The notes under the pieces: generated by a model
Told to the model about the DNA's origin: nothing
Database searches by the model: none
What the model saw: the letters and a program-made list of their open reading frames with translations, nothing else
From: an uncultured Ruminococcus sp.
GTDB taxonomy: Bacteria; Bacillota; Clostridia; Oscillospirales; Acutalibacteraceae
Reading direction: 5' to 3'
Assembly: GCA_902794395.1 (NCBI GenBank)
Contig: CADBHB010000001.1
Location: 91,289 to 155,288, forward strand
Length of the DNA: 64,000 bases
Translations under genes and position numbers: made by a program
In this document: positions 36,855 through 46,900 of the stretch, piece after piece
Numbering within the stretch: position 1 is the first letter of the stretch
How the letters are laid out: each line of letters opens with the position of its first letter

Positions 36855-37012
36855 ATACTAATCTCAGATAAAAAGCGGACAAAGATTTGCGAGGATAGTT
36901 TTCGCAAGACGAGGCGAAGGACGCCGCAAGGCCGGCACCTTGCAAGGACGACAACGAAGTATTGCGGAAAACAGACCGCAAAGATTGTCTATTTTTTATT
37001 TGAGTTTAGTAT
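36855..37012. repeat. 158-bp palindromic MITE/REP-like element
   Basis: Terminal inverted repeats ATACTAATCTCAGATAAAAA / TTTTTATTTGAGTTTAGTAT (18/20) with nested internal inverted repeats. Confidence 0.7.
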
Positions 37013-37194
37013 TATACCGAAAACCGCTGTTATCACAACGGACTGCCGGGGGATACAATCCGTTGTTTTTTGCATAGGATAAAAAGCAGACGATGAGATT
37101 GGTATTACTTTGGAAAATATTTAGTGTTTTGCCTTTACTTTACTGCCAATATATTGTATAATATTAAATAACTATAGATAATGAGGTGTTTTAT

Positions 37195-37902
37195 ATGCAA
37201 CCGAAATATAAGAGAGTTTTGCTTAAGCTTTCGGGCGAGTCGCTCGCAGGTTCAAATAAGCACGGAATCGACTTTGACACCGTGCTCAAAATCTGCGAAC
37301 CCATTAAAAAATGTGTGGACGCGGGCGTGCAGGTCGGCATCGTGGTCGGCGGCGGCAATTTCTGGAGAGGCAGAAGCTCGGGAGAGATGGACAGGACCAG
37401 AGCAGACCACATGGGCATGCTGGCAACTACCATCAACGCGCTGGGCGTTTGCGACGCTCTTGAGCAGCTGGGACTTGATGTGCGCGTGCAGACCGCCATC
37501 TCCATGCGTCAGGTAGCCGAGCCCTACATCCGCAACAAGGCGGTCAGCCACCTCAACAAGGGCAGGGTGGTCATCTTCGGCTGCGGAACGGGCAATCCCT
37601 TCTTCAGCACAGACACCGCAGCGGCGCTGCGCGCGGTAGAGATCGAGGCGGACATCATTATGAAGGCTACGATGGTCGACGGCGTGTACGACAGCGATCC
37701 CAAAAAGAATCCCGACGCAAAACGCTTTGACGTCATCTCTTTTGCCGAGGTGCTCAACAAGGACCTCGCGGTCATGGACAGCACCGCTTCCGCGCTGTGC
37801 AAGGACAACAACCTGCCGATATTGGTTTTCAGCATAGAGGAGCCGGAGAACATCTACCGCGCGGTGTGCGGCGAAAACATCGGCACTGTAGTAAAAAACT
37901 GA
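37195..37902 (+). CDS. pyrH: UMP kinase
   Basis: [37 protein letters not shown]. Confidence 0.97.
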   Translation: MQPKYKRVLLKLSGESLAGSNKHGIDFDTVLKICEPIKKCVDAGVQVGIVVGGGNFWRGRSSGEMDRTRADHMGMLATTINALGVCDALEQLGLDVRVQTAISMRQVAEPYIRNKAVSHLNKGRVVIFGCGTGNPFFSTDTAAALRAVEIEADIIMKATMVDGVYDSDPKKNPDAKRFDVISFAEVLNKDLAVMDSTASALCKDNNLPILVFSIEEPENIYRAVCGENIGTVVKN

Positions 37903-37974
37903 GTTTTTGAAACAAAGCTAACAGCTTTTTGATCGATCATTATTTTCTATCCACTAATATAGGAGGCGTTGATT

Positions 37975-38529
37975 ATGCAAGAACAACTCAAAAAAGCAGA
38001 AGAAAGAATGGGAAGAAGATATGACCATATGTGTCAGGATTTTTCCGAGATCCGCGCGGGCAGAGCCAACCCCGCTGTGCTTGACAAGGTGAAGGTGGAT
38101 TACTACGGTACTCCCACTCCCGTCAACCAGCTTGCCGCTGTTTCCGTGACCGAGGCGAGGACGCTGACCATCCAGCCGTGGGACGCTTCTATCCTCAGAC
38201 AGATCGAGAAGGCTATCCAGAAGTCCGACATAGGCATCAATCCCCAGAATGACGGCAAGATCATCCGCTTGATCTTCCCGCCGCTCACCGAGGACAGACG
38301 TAAAGAGATCGTCAAGGACGTGCAGAAGATCGCCGAGGAAACCAAGGTGCAGGTCAGAAATGTAAGACGCGACACCATTGAAAAGCTCAAGGCGATGAAG
38401 AAGAAGAGCGAGCTTACCGAGGATGACCTCAAGCTTGCCGAAAAGAAGACCCAGGAGCTCACCGATAAGTTCACAAAGAAGATCGACAAGACCTCCGCTG
38501 ACAAGCAGAAGGAGCTTTTGGAGCTGTAA
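37975..38529 (+). CDS. frr: Ribosome recycling factor
   Basis: IRAGRANP, VDYYGTPTP, IGINPQNDG, VRNVRRD. Confidence 0.97.
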   Translation: MQEQLKKAEERMGRRYDHMCQDFSEIRAGRANPAVLDKVKVDYYGTPTPVNQLAAVSVTEARTLTIQPWDASILRQIEKAIQKSDIGINPQNDGKIIRLIFPPLTEDRRKEIVKDVQKIAEETKVQVRNVRRDTIEKLKAMKKKSELTEDDLKLAEKKTQELTDKFTKKIDKTSADKQKELLEL

Positions 38530-38530
38530 A

Positions 38531-39283
38531 ATGGCGATCCCGTTTTTTAAAAAGAAAGAGCCGTCCGCGCCTTCACAGGCGCCGTCGGTTTTGCCCGTTC
38601 ACGTCGGCATCATCATGGACGGCAACGGCAGATGGGCAAAAAAGCGCGGTCTGCCGCGCAAGGCGGGTCACAGGGAGGGTGCTCAGACCTTCCGCAAGAT
38701 CACGCGCTACTGCTCCGAGATCGGCATAAAATACCTTACGGTTTACGCTTTTTCCACCGAAAACTGGAAGCGCCCCGAGGATGAGGTGGGCGCTCTGATG
38801 GGCTTGTTCAAGTCCTATCTGGAAGAGGCGCTCAGCGATTTTAAGGACGATGACATCGTGGTGCGCTTCATCGGCGACAAAAGCGGGTTTTCGCCCGAGC
38901 TGCGGGCGCTTATGGAGGAGAACGAGCAGAGCTCCAAGGACCGCGACGGCATGGTGCTCAACATAGCCATGAACTACGGCAGCCGCGACGAGATAGTGCG
39001 CGCCGTCAGGAACATCTGCGCCGACGTAAAGAGCGGCAGGGTAGAGCAGAGCGCCATCGACGAAGCACTGGTGTCCGACTATCTGTACACCGCAGGGCAG
39101 CCCGATCCCGATTTGATAATCCGACCCAGCGGAGAGTATCGCATTTCCAACTTTTTGCTTTGGCAGTCGGCGTATACTGAGTTTGTAATAATGAATAAGC
39201 TGTGGCCTGATTTTCAGAAAGCCGATCTGGACGAGGCGCTGCGTATCTACGCACAGCGCAACAGGCGTTACGGCGGAGTTTAA
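38531..39283 (+). CDS. uppS: Undecaprenyl diphosphate synthase
   Basis: IMDGNGRWA, YAFSTENWKR, DLIIRPSGEYRISNFLLWQ. Confidence 0.97.
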   Translation: MAIPFFKKKEPSAPSQAPSVLPVHVGIIMDGNGRWAKKRGLPRKAGHREGAQTFRKITRYCSEIGIKYLTVYAFSTENWKRPEDEVGALMGLFKSYLEEALSDFKDDDIVVRFIGDKSGFSPELRALMEENEQSSKDRDGMVLNIAMNYGSRDEIVRAVRNICADVKSGRVEQSAIDEALVSDYLYTAGQPDPDLIIRPSGEYRISNFLLWQSAYTEFVIMNKLWPDFQKADLDEALRIYAQRNRRYGGV

Positions 39284-39380
39284 GTAATTGAAAGCGGCGG
39301 GTCCGTCCGGTGTGCCGGGCGGACTGTGCTGCGGTGTTTTTTGTCCGCGCTGCACTTTTACTGCTGAAAAGGAGAATTAT

Positions 39381-40223
39381 ATGAAATCGTTAAAGCCGCG
39401 TTTGCTGACGGCGGCGATCGGGATCCCCGCGGTCCTGCTGCTGATCTTTCTTTCGGAGCTGTGGAACCCGCTTTTGGGTATCGTTGTCGGTATAGCCTCT
39501 ATGCTCATGGTGTTCGAGTTTTTGGGCGCCGGAAAGCTGCTGCATTTTTTACCTCTGGCTATCCTGTGTATGCTGTACGCCCTGGCGATGCCCAACCTGG
39601 TAGGTACGGGCGCGCTTAGTTATGTCGTTACCTACCTGTTTTTTATGGCGGCGTTTGCTTTCAGCCTGCTCCACCACAAAAAGCTGCGTTTTCTCAGCCT
39701 GGCGTATGCCGTTTTCGGCACGCTTATCATCGCCTTCGGCATGAGTTCCGTCGTTATCGCCTGCTGCTCCAACGGCATCAGCCTCAGCTTTTATTTTGTG
39801 CTGATCTTTTTGCTGCCCTGGATGGCGGACGCCGGCGGGTTCTTTGTCGGCAGTTACTTCGGCAGACATAAGCTTTGCCCCAATATCAGCCCTAAAAAGA
39901 CTGTAGAGGGCTTGTTGGGCGGCGTTGTTTTTTGCGTCGCTTCGGCTATGCTTATGGGACTGTTGTTCCAGTTTGCTATCCTTAAGAATTCGGTGCGCGT
40001 CAACTTCACCGCCCTGGTGGTGCTGGCTGTACTGGATTCGTTGGCTTCCGTGTTGGGAGACCTCAGCTTTTCGCTTATAAAGCGCAGCATGAACATCAAG
40101 GACTACGGTTCCATCTTTCCGGGTCACGGCGGCATGCTGGACCGCTGCGACAGCATAATTTTCACCGCCCCTCTGGTGGTGGTCATAAGCCAGTTTACAC
40201 CCTTTATTATGATGATGGAGTAA
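39381..40223 (+). CDS. cdsA: Phosphatidate cytidylyltransferase
   Basis: ISPKKTVEG, GDLSFSLIKR, KDYGSIFPGHGGMLDRCDS. Confidence 0.95.
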   Translation: MKSLKPRLLTAAIGIPAVLLLIFLSELWNPLLGIVVGIASMLMVFEFLGAGKLLHFLPLAILCMLYALAMPNLVGTGALSYVVTYLFFMAAFAFSLLHHKKLRFLSLAYAVFGTLIIAFGMSSVVIACCSNGISLSFYFVLIFLLPWMADAGGFFVGSYFGRHKLCPNISPKKTVEGLLGGVVFCVASAMLMGLLFQFAILKNSVRVNFTALVVLAVLDSLASVLGDLSFSLIKRSMNIKDYGSIFPGHGGMLDRCDSIIFTAPLVVVISQFTPFIMMME

Positions 40224-40226
40224 ATT

Positions 40227-41375
40227 ATGTCAAAGCTTTCTATCTTGGGCTCTACAGGCTCTATCGGCACACAGACGCTGGACGTCGTCGACAAGCTCGG
40301 GCTGAGCGTGACGGCGCTTACGGCGGCAAACAATATCGCGTTATTGGAACAGCAGGTGCGAAAGTACAGACCCGCACTTGCTGTGGTTTTCGATGAGGAA
40401 AAAGCAAAGCAGCTCAGGCTTAATATCAGCGACACCGACACAAGGGTAGCGGCGGGCATGGACGGTCTGGTGGAGGCGGCAAGCCTTCCGCAGGCGGATC
40501 TGGTGGTCAACGCCGTGGTCGGTATGGTGGGGCTGCGTCCCACGCTTGCCGCGGCCGGCGCAAAGAAGAACATCGCCTTTGCCAACAAGGAGACCTTGGT
40601 GGCGGGCGGCGATCTGGTCACGGACGCGGTAAGGGAAAACGGCGTTAAGCTGCTGCCTGTGGACAGCGAGCACAGCGCCATCTTCCAGTGCCTGCAGGGC
40701 ATTCCCGACAAAAAGGTGCTCAAAAAGCTCATTCTGACCGCTTCGGGAGGTCCCTTCTTCGGCAAAAAGACCGAGGAGCTGAGGGACGTCACCGTGGAGC
40801 AGGCGCTCAACCACCCCAACTGGAGCATGGGCGCGAAGATCACCATTGACTCGGCGACTATGATGAACAAGGGTCTGGAGATAATAGAGGCAGGCAGGCT
40901 GTTTGACGTAGCGGGAGATGACATAGATGTGGTGGTGCACCGCGAGAGCATCATCCACTCGCTGGTGGAATTTACCGACAATTCCGTACTGGCTCAGCTG
41001 GGGCTTCCCGATATGCGCATCCCCATCCAGTACGCAATAACCTATCCCATGCGCTATGAAAGCCCCGTGCAGGAGCTTGACTTGGCGCGCATAGGCAATC
41101 TGACCTTTTTCGAGCCCGACTACGACACCTTTGAGTGTCTGCGCGCCTGCAAAAAGGCATTTGCCATGGGGGGCGCGGCTACGGCGATCGCCAACGGCGC
41201 AAATGAGGAGGCAAACGCATTGTTCCGTCAGGGAAAAATAAAATTCCTTGAGATCGGACAGCTGGTCATGGGTGCGGTGGATGATATAGAGAATATCACG
41301 CCGAAAACCGTAGAGGATATACTTGAGGCGGACGCGCGAGCGCGCGCGTATGTGAGAGAACACGTCTTTTCCTGA
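40227..41375 (+). CDS. dxr: 1-deoxy-D-xylulose 5-phosphate reductoisomerase
   Basis: LGSTGSIG, ANKETLV, PVDSEHSA, HPNWSMGAKITIDSATMMNKGLE. Confidence 0.98.
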   Translation: MSKLSILGSTGSIGTQTLDVVDKLGLSVTALTAANNIALLEQQVRKYRPALAVVFDEEKAKQLRLNISDTDTRVAAGMDGLVEAASLPQADLVVNAVVGMVGLRPTLAAAGAKKNIAFANKETLVAGGDLVTDAVRENGVKLLPVDSEHSAIFQCLQGIPDKKVLKKLILTASGGPFFGKKTEELRDVTVEQALNHPNWSMGAKITIDSATMMNKGLEIIEAGRLFDVAGDDIDVVVHRESIIHSLVEFTDNSVLAQLGLPDMRIPIQYAITYPMRYESPVQELDLARIGNLTFFEPDYDTFECLRACKKAFAMGGAATAIANGANEEANALFRQGKIKFLEIGQLVMGAVDDIENITPKTVEDILEADARARAYVREHVFS

Positions 41376-41434
41376 CAGTACGTAATTTGGGCTTTGCGGA
41401 GTGCTGCCGCAAGCGATAACGGAGTTGAAACTAT

Positions 41435-42811
41435 TTGCAGATATTGATAAACATCGCGCTGGTAGTCATCGGCGTGCTGCTGTTTGAATTTATTATTTTC
41501 GCGCACGAATTCGGTCATTTTATCACCGCCAAAAAATCGGGGGTGCAGGTAAATGAATTTGCGCTCGGCATGGGTCCCAAGCTGTTCGGCTTTACCCGAG
41601 GAGAAACCACCTACAGCCTCAGGCTGTTTCCCATAGGCGGCTACTGCGCTATGGAGGGCGAAAACGAAGACAGCGAAAACCCGCGTGCCTTCAACAACGC
41701 CAAGGTGTGGAAGCGGATGATAATAATCGTCGCGGGCGCCTTTATGAATTTTGTCGTCGGCTTATTGCTTATGCTGGTCATCACCCTCAACACTCCGGTG
41801 TTCTACGAGCCCGTGGTAACGGGCTTTACGCCTGTGTCGTTCACAGCCACCACAGGGCTGGAAGAGGGCGACAAGATACTAAACGTAGGCGGCTACTCGG
41901 TCGGCAATATCCGCGATCTTGAGATGGGCATACAGCTGCTGCCCTGCGAAAAGGTGGACGGCGCCTCGCTCGAGGTCGCCAAGGAGGACTGCTGCTGGGA
42001 TCTGAAATCCGTGATAGAGCAGATGCTTTCAGACAAGCAGATCGACTATCCCACGGCGCAGAAGCTTTTGGAAGAGGTGCTCGGCGCCGAGAGCGTGAAG
42101 ATACGTCAGGCGCAGTCAAGTCAGGAGGTAGAGGAGCTTTACCGCGCCACCGTAGATGAATTCTACGAAACGGCGCAGGTGGAAAAGCCCAAGGATTTCA
42201 AGTACCCTACCTTTGAAAAGCCCGAGGAGCGCATGCGCTACAGGGGCGACGTCAAGGTGCTCAGAGAAGGAAAGAAAGTCACCTTGAAGGACGTACATTT
42301 TTTCACCTACGGCACCCAAAACGGCAACAAAGCCGTGGCTTTTGATTTCTTTGTGCAGACCAAGGACAAGAACTTCGTTACGGTGACACAGGAGACCTTC
42401 TCCGGCACCGTCAGCATGGGCAAGGTGGTTTGGAAGTCGCTGGAGCTGCTGGTGACAGGAAGGTTCCACCTTTCCGACATGTCGGGACCCGTGGGCATCA
42501 CGGTCGCGGTGTCGGACGTAGCGTCGGCGGGCCTCAAAACCGGATTCGGCGACGCCGTGCTCAATATCATATTTTTCATGGCGCTTATTACCGTGAACCT
42601 CGGCATAGTCAACATGCTGCCGTTCCCCGCGCTCGACGGCGGACGGTTCGTGCTGCTGCTGTTTGAGGCTATATTCCGCCGCCATATCCCGCGCAAGGTG
42701 GAATACATCATCAACGCCATCGGTTTGGCGCTGCTGATACTGATGATAATTTATATTTCGGGCAACGATATTAAGAAGCTTATAACGGGAACTTTCCCGA
42801 CAATGGAATAA
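41435..42811 (+). CDS. rseP: RIP metalloprotease RseP
   Basis: HEFGH, FPIGGYCAM, NMLPFPALDGG; PDZ-like region with an insertion; synteny. Confidence 0.92.
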   Translation: MQILINIALVVIGVLLFEFIIFAHEFGHFITAKKSGVQVNEFALGMGPKLFGFTRGETTYSLRLFPIGGYCAMEGENEDSENPRAFNNAKVWKRMIIIVAGAFMNFVVGLLLMLVITLNTPVFYEPVVTGFTPVSFTATTGLEEGDKILNVGGYSVGNIRDLEMGIQLLPCEKVDGASLEVAKEDCCWDLKSVIEQMLSDKQIDYPTAQKLLEEVLGAESVKIRQAQSSQEVEELYRATVDEFYETAQVEKPKDFKYPTFEKPEERMRYRGDVKVLREGKKVTLKDVHFFTYGTQNGNKAVAFDFFVQTKDKNFVTVTQETFSGTVSMGKVVWKSLELLVTGRFHLSDMSGPVGITVAVSDVASAGLKTGFGDAVLNIIFFMALITVNLGIVNMLPFPALDGGRFVLLLFEAIFRRHIPRKVEYIINAIGLALLILMIIYISGNDIKKLITGTFPTME

Positions 42812-42825
42812 CAACGGAGGCTGTT

Positions 42826-43869
42826 ATGGGAAGCAAAATGCAGGTAAAGGCGGGTAATGTGTTGATCGGCGGCTCAGCCGAGGTGTCGGTGCAGTCGATG
42901 CTGAATGTGCCCTCCACCGATATTGAGGGCAGCGTGGCGCAGGCGAAGCGTCTGGAGGAAGCCGGCTGTCAGATAATCCGCGCCGCGATACCCGATATGG
43001 ACGCTGTAAAGCTCATCCCCGCTTTGAAGCAAGCGGTGAGCGTGCCTATCGTCGCGGACATCCACTTCAACTACAAGCTGGCGCTGGAGGCGTGCGCCGC
43101 GGGCGTCGATAAGATCCGCATAAACCCGGGCAACATCGGCTCCGACGACAGGGTAAAGGCTGTGGCGGACGCCTGCAAAAGCCGCGGTATACCTATCCGC
43201 ATAGGCGTAAACTCCGGCTCGCTCGAGAAGGAAATACTGGCTAAGTACGGCCATCCCACTCCTCAGGCGCTGTGCGACAGCGCGCTGTACCACGCCTCTT
43301 TGCTGGAAAAATTCGATTTTCACGACATAGTGCTGTCGATGAAAAGCTCCACCGTTTCTACGATGATACAGGCTTACGAGCTGGCGGCTCAGCAGTGCGA
43401 CTATCCGCTGCACCTCGGCGTCACCGAGGCGGGCACCGAGCGCATGGGCATCATCAAATCGGCGGCGGGCATCGGCTCGCTGCTGCTGCGCGGCATCGGC
43501 GACACTATTCGCGTGTCCCTTACCGCCGACCCCGTGCGCGAGGTTTACGCGGCGGACGATATTCTGCGCGCGCTCGATCTTAAGAAGGGCGGCGTGCAGT
43601 TCGTGTCCTGTCCCACCTGCGGCAGAACGCGCATAGATCTGGTGAAGATAGCCGGAGAGGTAGAGGAGCGGCTGAGAGGCTGCGACAAGAATATCAAGGT
43701 CGCCGTGATGGGCTGTGTAGTCAACGGCCCCGGCGAGGCAAGAGAAGCGGACATCGGCATAGCGGGCGGCGACGGCTGCGGTCTGGTGTTCAAGAAGGGC
43801 GAGATAATCGCCAAGGTCGACGAGGATAAGCTCGTGGACGCTTTGATGGATGAGATCGAAAAGATGTAA
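42826..43869 (+). CDS. ispG: (E)-4-hydroxy-3-methylbut-2-enyl diphosphate synthase
   Basis: VSVQSM, VADIHF, RINPGNIG, GIGDTIRVSL, SCPTCGR, MGCVVNGPGEA. Confidence 0.98.
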   Translation: MGSKMQVKAGNVLIGGSAEVSVQSMLNVPSTDIEGSVAQAKRLEEAGCQIIRAAIPDMDAVKLIPALKQAVSVPIVADIHFNYKLALEACAAGVDKIRINPGNIGSDDRVKAVADACKSRGIPIRIGVNSGSLEKEILAKYGHPTPQALCDSALYHASLLEKFDFHDIVLSMKSSTVSTMIQAYELAAQQCDYPLHLGVTEAGTERMGIIKSAAGIGSLLLRGIGDTIRVSLTADPVREVYAADDILRALDLKKGGVQFVSCPTCGRTRIDLVKIAGEVEERLRGCDKNIKVAVMGCVVNGPGEAREADIGIAGGDGCGLVFKKGEIIAKVDEDKLVDALMDEIEKM

Positions 43870-43920
43870 TTTTATTTGAGAGCATATTCAGATTTTTATA
43901 GTGGAGAATCAAGGACATAG

Positions 43921-46900
43921 ATGAAAACTATAGCAGAGATATTCGGCTCCTTCCGCGAAAGCGCGGGCATACCCCGGGCGATCGCGGATGGAGTCGTTAC
44001 GAAAGTGAATATCATCAACGACGCGCGCGTGGTTATGATGTGGGCGGATTTTGCCTGTCTGATAGAGCGCGAGGCGCTGCTTGAGGCAGAAAAACTCTTT
44101 TCCAAGGCGCTCGACGCTTCCGTCTGCATCAAGCCGCATTTCGGCGCGGCGCTGTTTTCCGCCGACTGCTTTCCGCAACTGTATGCCGCTGTCAAGCGCG
44201 AGATGCCCAGCATAAACGGCACGCTCAACAACGCCGAGGTGCGGCTTGACGGCGACACCCTTACAATCCACCTGCACAACGGCGGCAAGGCGCTGCTCGA
44301 CGCCAAGGGCTTCGACCAGGCGCTTGTCCGCCTGATAGCCGAGGAGTTCGACCGTGAGATAAAGATACGCTACACAGGCACCTTTGAGGTCACCGGCGGC
44401 AGCGAGGAGTATCAGCAGGCTATCAGCAGCGCGCAGACGCAGATAAAGCGCGAGCGGCTGAAAAAGGCGGTGCAGTTCTTTCAGGAGGAGGAGGCAGCCG
44501 ACGCGGAGCGCGAGCAGCATGCCGAGGAGAAAGCCACCGAGGTCGAGATACGCGAGGGCGGCTTTGAGACCCCGCAGATACTGCGCTCGTCCGTGCGCCC
44601 GCTGTTCGGCAGAAGCATCCGCGGCAAGATGGAGCCGATAAAAAACCTCAGCGACGGCAAAAAAGGCGCGGTCGTGTGGGGCGATGTGATCGAGCTTGAA
44701 AAACGCATAACAAAAAACAACAAAAACGCTATAATCACCATAGACATCACCGACTACACGGGTTCAATAACCGCAAAGGTGTTTTGCGGCGTAAAGGAAG
44801 CCGAGGCGCTCGACGGGCTTAAGTCGGGCAAGACCATAGTGGTAAGCGGCAACGTGGAGTATGACGAGTTCCTCAAGGAGGTCGTGCTGTCCGCGTTTTC
44901 CATAGGCACCGCCGAGAAGCTCAAGGTGGTAGACAAAGCCGAGGAAAAGCGTGTAGAGCTGCATCTGCATACCAACATGTCGCAGATGGACGCGCTGACC
45001 CCCGCGGGCACGCTGGTCAAGCGCGCCTATGAATGGGGCCACAAGGCAATAGCCATCACCGACCACGGAGTGGCGCAGGCGTTCCCCGATGCGATGAAGG
45101 CGGCGGAGGAGATCCGCTACAAGCTGGGCGGCGACATAAAGGTGCTCTACGGCGTGGAAGCGTATTTCATGGACGATTTGGTGGAGTCGGTGTCGGGCGA
45201 GCAGGACTCGCCGCTGGACGGCACCTTCATCTGCTTCGATATAGAAACCACGGGCTTGTCGCCGCTGCGTGACAAGATCACCGAGATAGGCGCCGTTAAG
45301 GTGGTGAACGGCGAGATAACAGAAACATTTTCCACCTTTGCCGACCCCGAAATGCCCATTCCGGCTAAGATAACTCAGCTTACCGGCATCACCGATGAAA
45401 TGGTGAAGGGTGCGCCCTCTCAGCGCGACGCGGTTACGGCGTTTCTCGAGTTTGCCGGAGACGATGTGCTGGTGGCGCACAACGCGCCGTTCGACACCTC
45501 GTTCATCCGCAGGGCGTGCGAGAACATGGGACGCGACTATAACTATACTTCCGTTGACACGGTCGCTATCTCCCGCGCTATCCTGCCCGACATCAAAAAC
45601 GTCAAGCTCGACACCGTGGCTGCCTACCTTCGCCTGGGCAGCTTTAACCATCACCGCGCCACCGACGACGCGGAGATGCTGGCTAAGATTTTTATTTCGC
45701 TGTGCAGCCGTCTGGGCGACGACTTCGGCATTTTTTCCGTTAAGGACATCAATACAAAAATCGCGGGCGGCGACTTTAAAAAGCTGCCTACCTATCATCA
45801 GATAATCATAGCTAAGGATCAAACCGGCTTAAAGAACCTCTACAAGCTAATTTCCAAGAGCCACCTGGAGACCTTTTACAAAAAGCCGCGCATCGCAAAA
45901 AGCGATTTGGTTAAGCACCGCGAGGGGCTTATCATCGGCTCCGCCTGCTGCGAGGGTCAGCTTTATAAGGCGATCCTCTCGGGCAAGCCGTGGGGCGAGC
46001 TGAAGCAGATAGCTTCCTTCTACGACTATTTGGAGATCCAGCCCTCGGGCAACAACGCGTTTCTCATCCGCAACGGCACCTTCCGCACCGTTGACGAGCT
46101 TAGGGAGATCGACCGCACCATCATCAAGCTGGGCAAGGAGCTGGGCAAGCCCGTCTGCGCAACCTGCGACGTGCATTTCATGGACCCCTCCGACAGCGAG
46201 TACCGCAAGATCCTTCAGGCGGCGCTGAAATTCAAGGACGCCGATCAACAGGCGCCGCTGTTCTTCCGCACCACCGCCGAAATGCTCAGGGAGTTTGAGT
46301 GGCTCGGCAGCGAAAAGGCGTATGAGGTAGTGGTAAAGAACACCAATCTTATCGCCGACATGTGCGAGGACATCCGCCCGATACCCAAGGGCACGTTCCC
46401 GCCCTTCATTGAGGGCGCTCAGGAGCAGCTTGTATCCATCACCTGGGAGCGCGCCAAAAAGAAATACGGCGATCCGCTGCCCGAGATAGTCAAGGCGAGG
46501 CTTGAAAAGGAGCTAAACTCCATCACCACCTACGGCTTTTCGGTGCTGTACATGACCGCCCAGAAGCTGGTCGCCGACAGCGAGGCGCACGGCTATCTGG
46601 TGGGCTCGCGTGGTTCGGTAGGCTCGTCGTTCGTGGCGACGATGTCGGGCATCTCAGAGGTAAACCCGCTTTGCCCGCACTACGTTTGCCCCAAGTGCAA
46701 GCACAGTGAGTTCATCACCGACGGCAGCTACGGCTCGGGCTTCGACCTGCCGCCGAAGGACTGCCCCGAGTGCGGCACGCATATGGATCAGGACGGCCAC
46801 GAAATACCCTTCGAGACCTTTTTGGGCTTCAAGGGCGACAAGGTGCCCGATATAGACCTCAATTTCAGCGGCGAGTACCAGTCGAAGTCGCACCGCTATA

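Noticed and set aside
39301-39324. Hairpin GTCCGTCCGG-TGTG-CCGGGCGGAC between uppS and cdsA
   Set aside because: An ordinary intra-operon stem or weak terminator; nothing else supports a distinct element.
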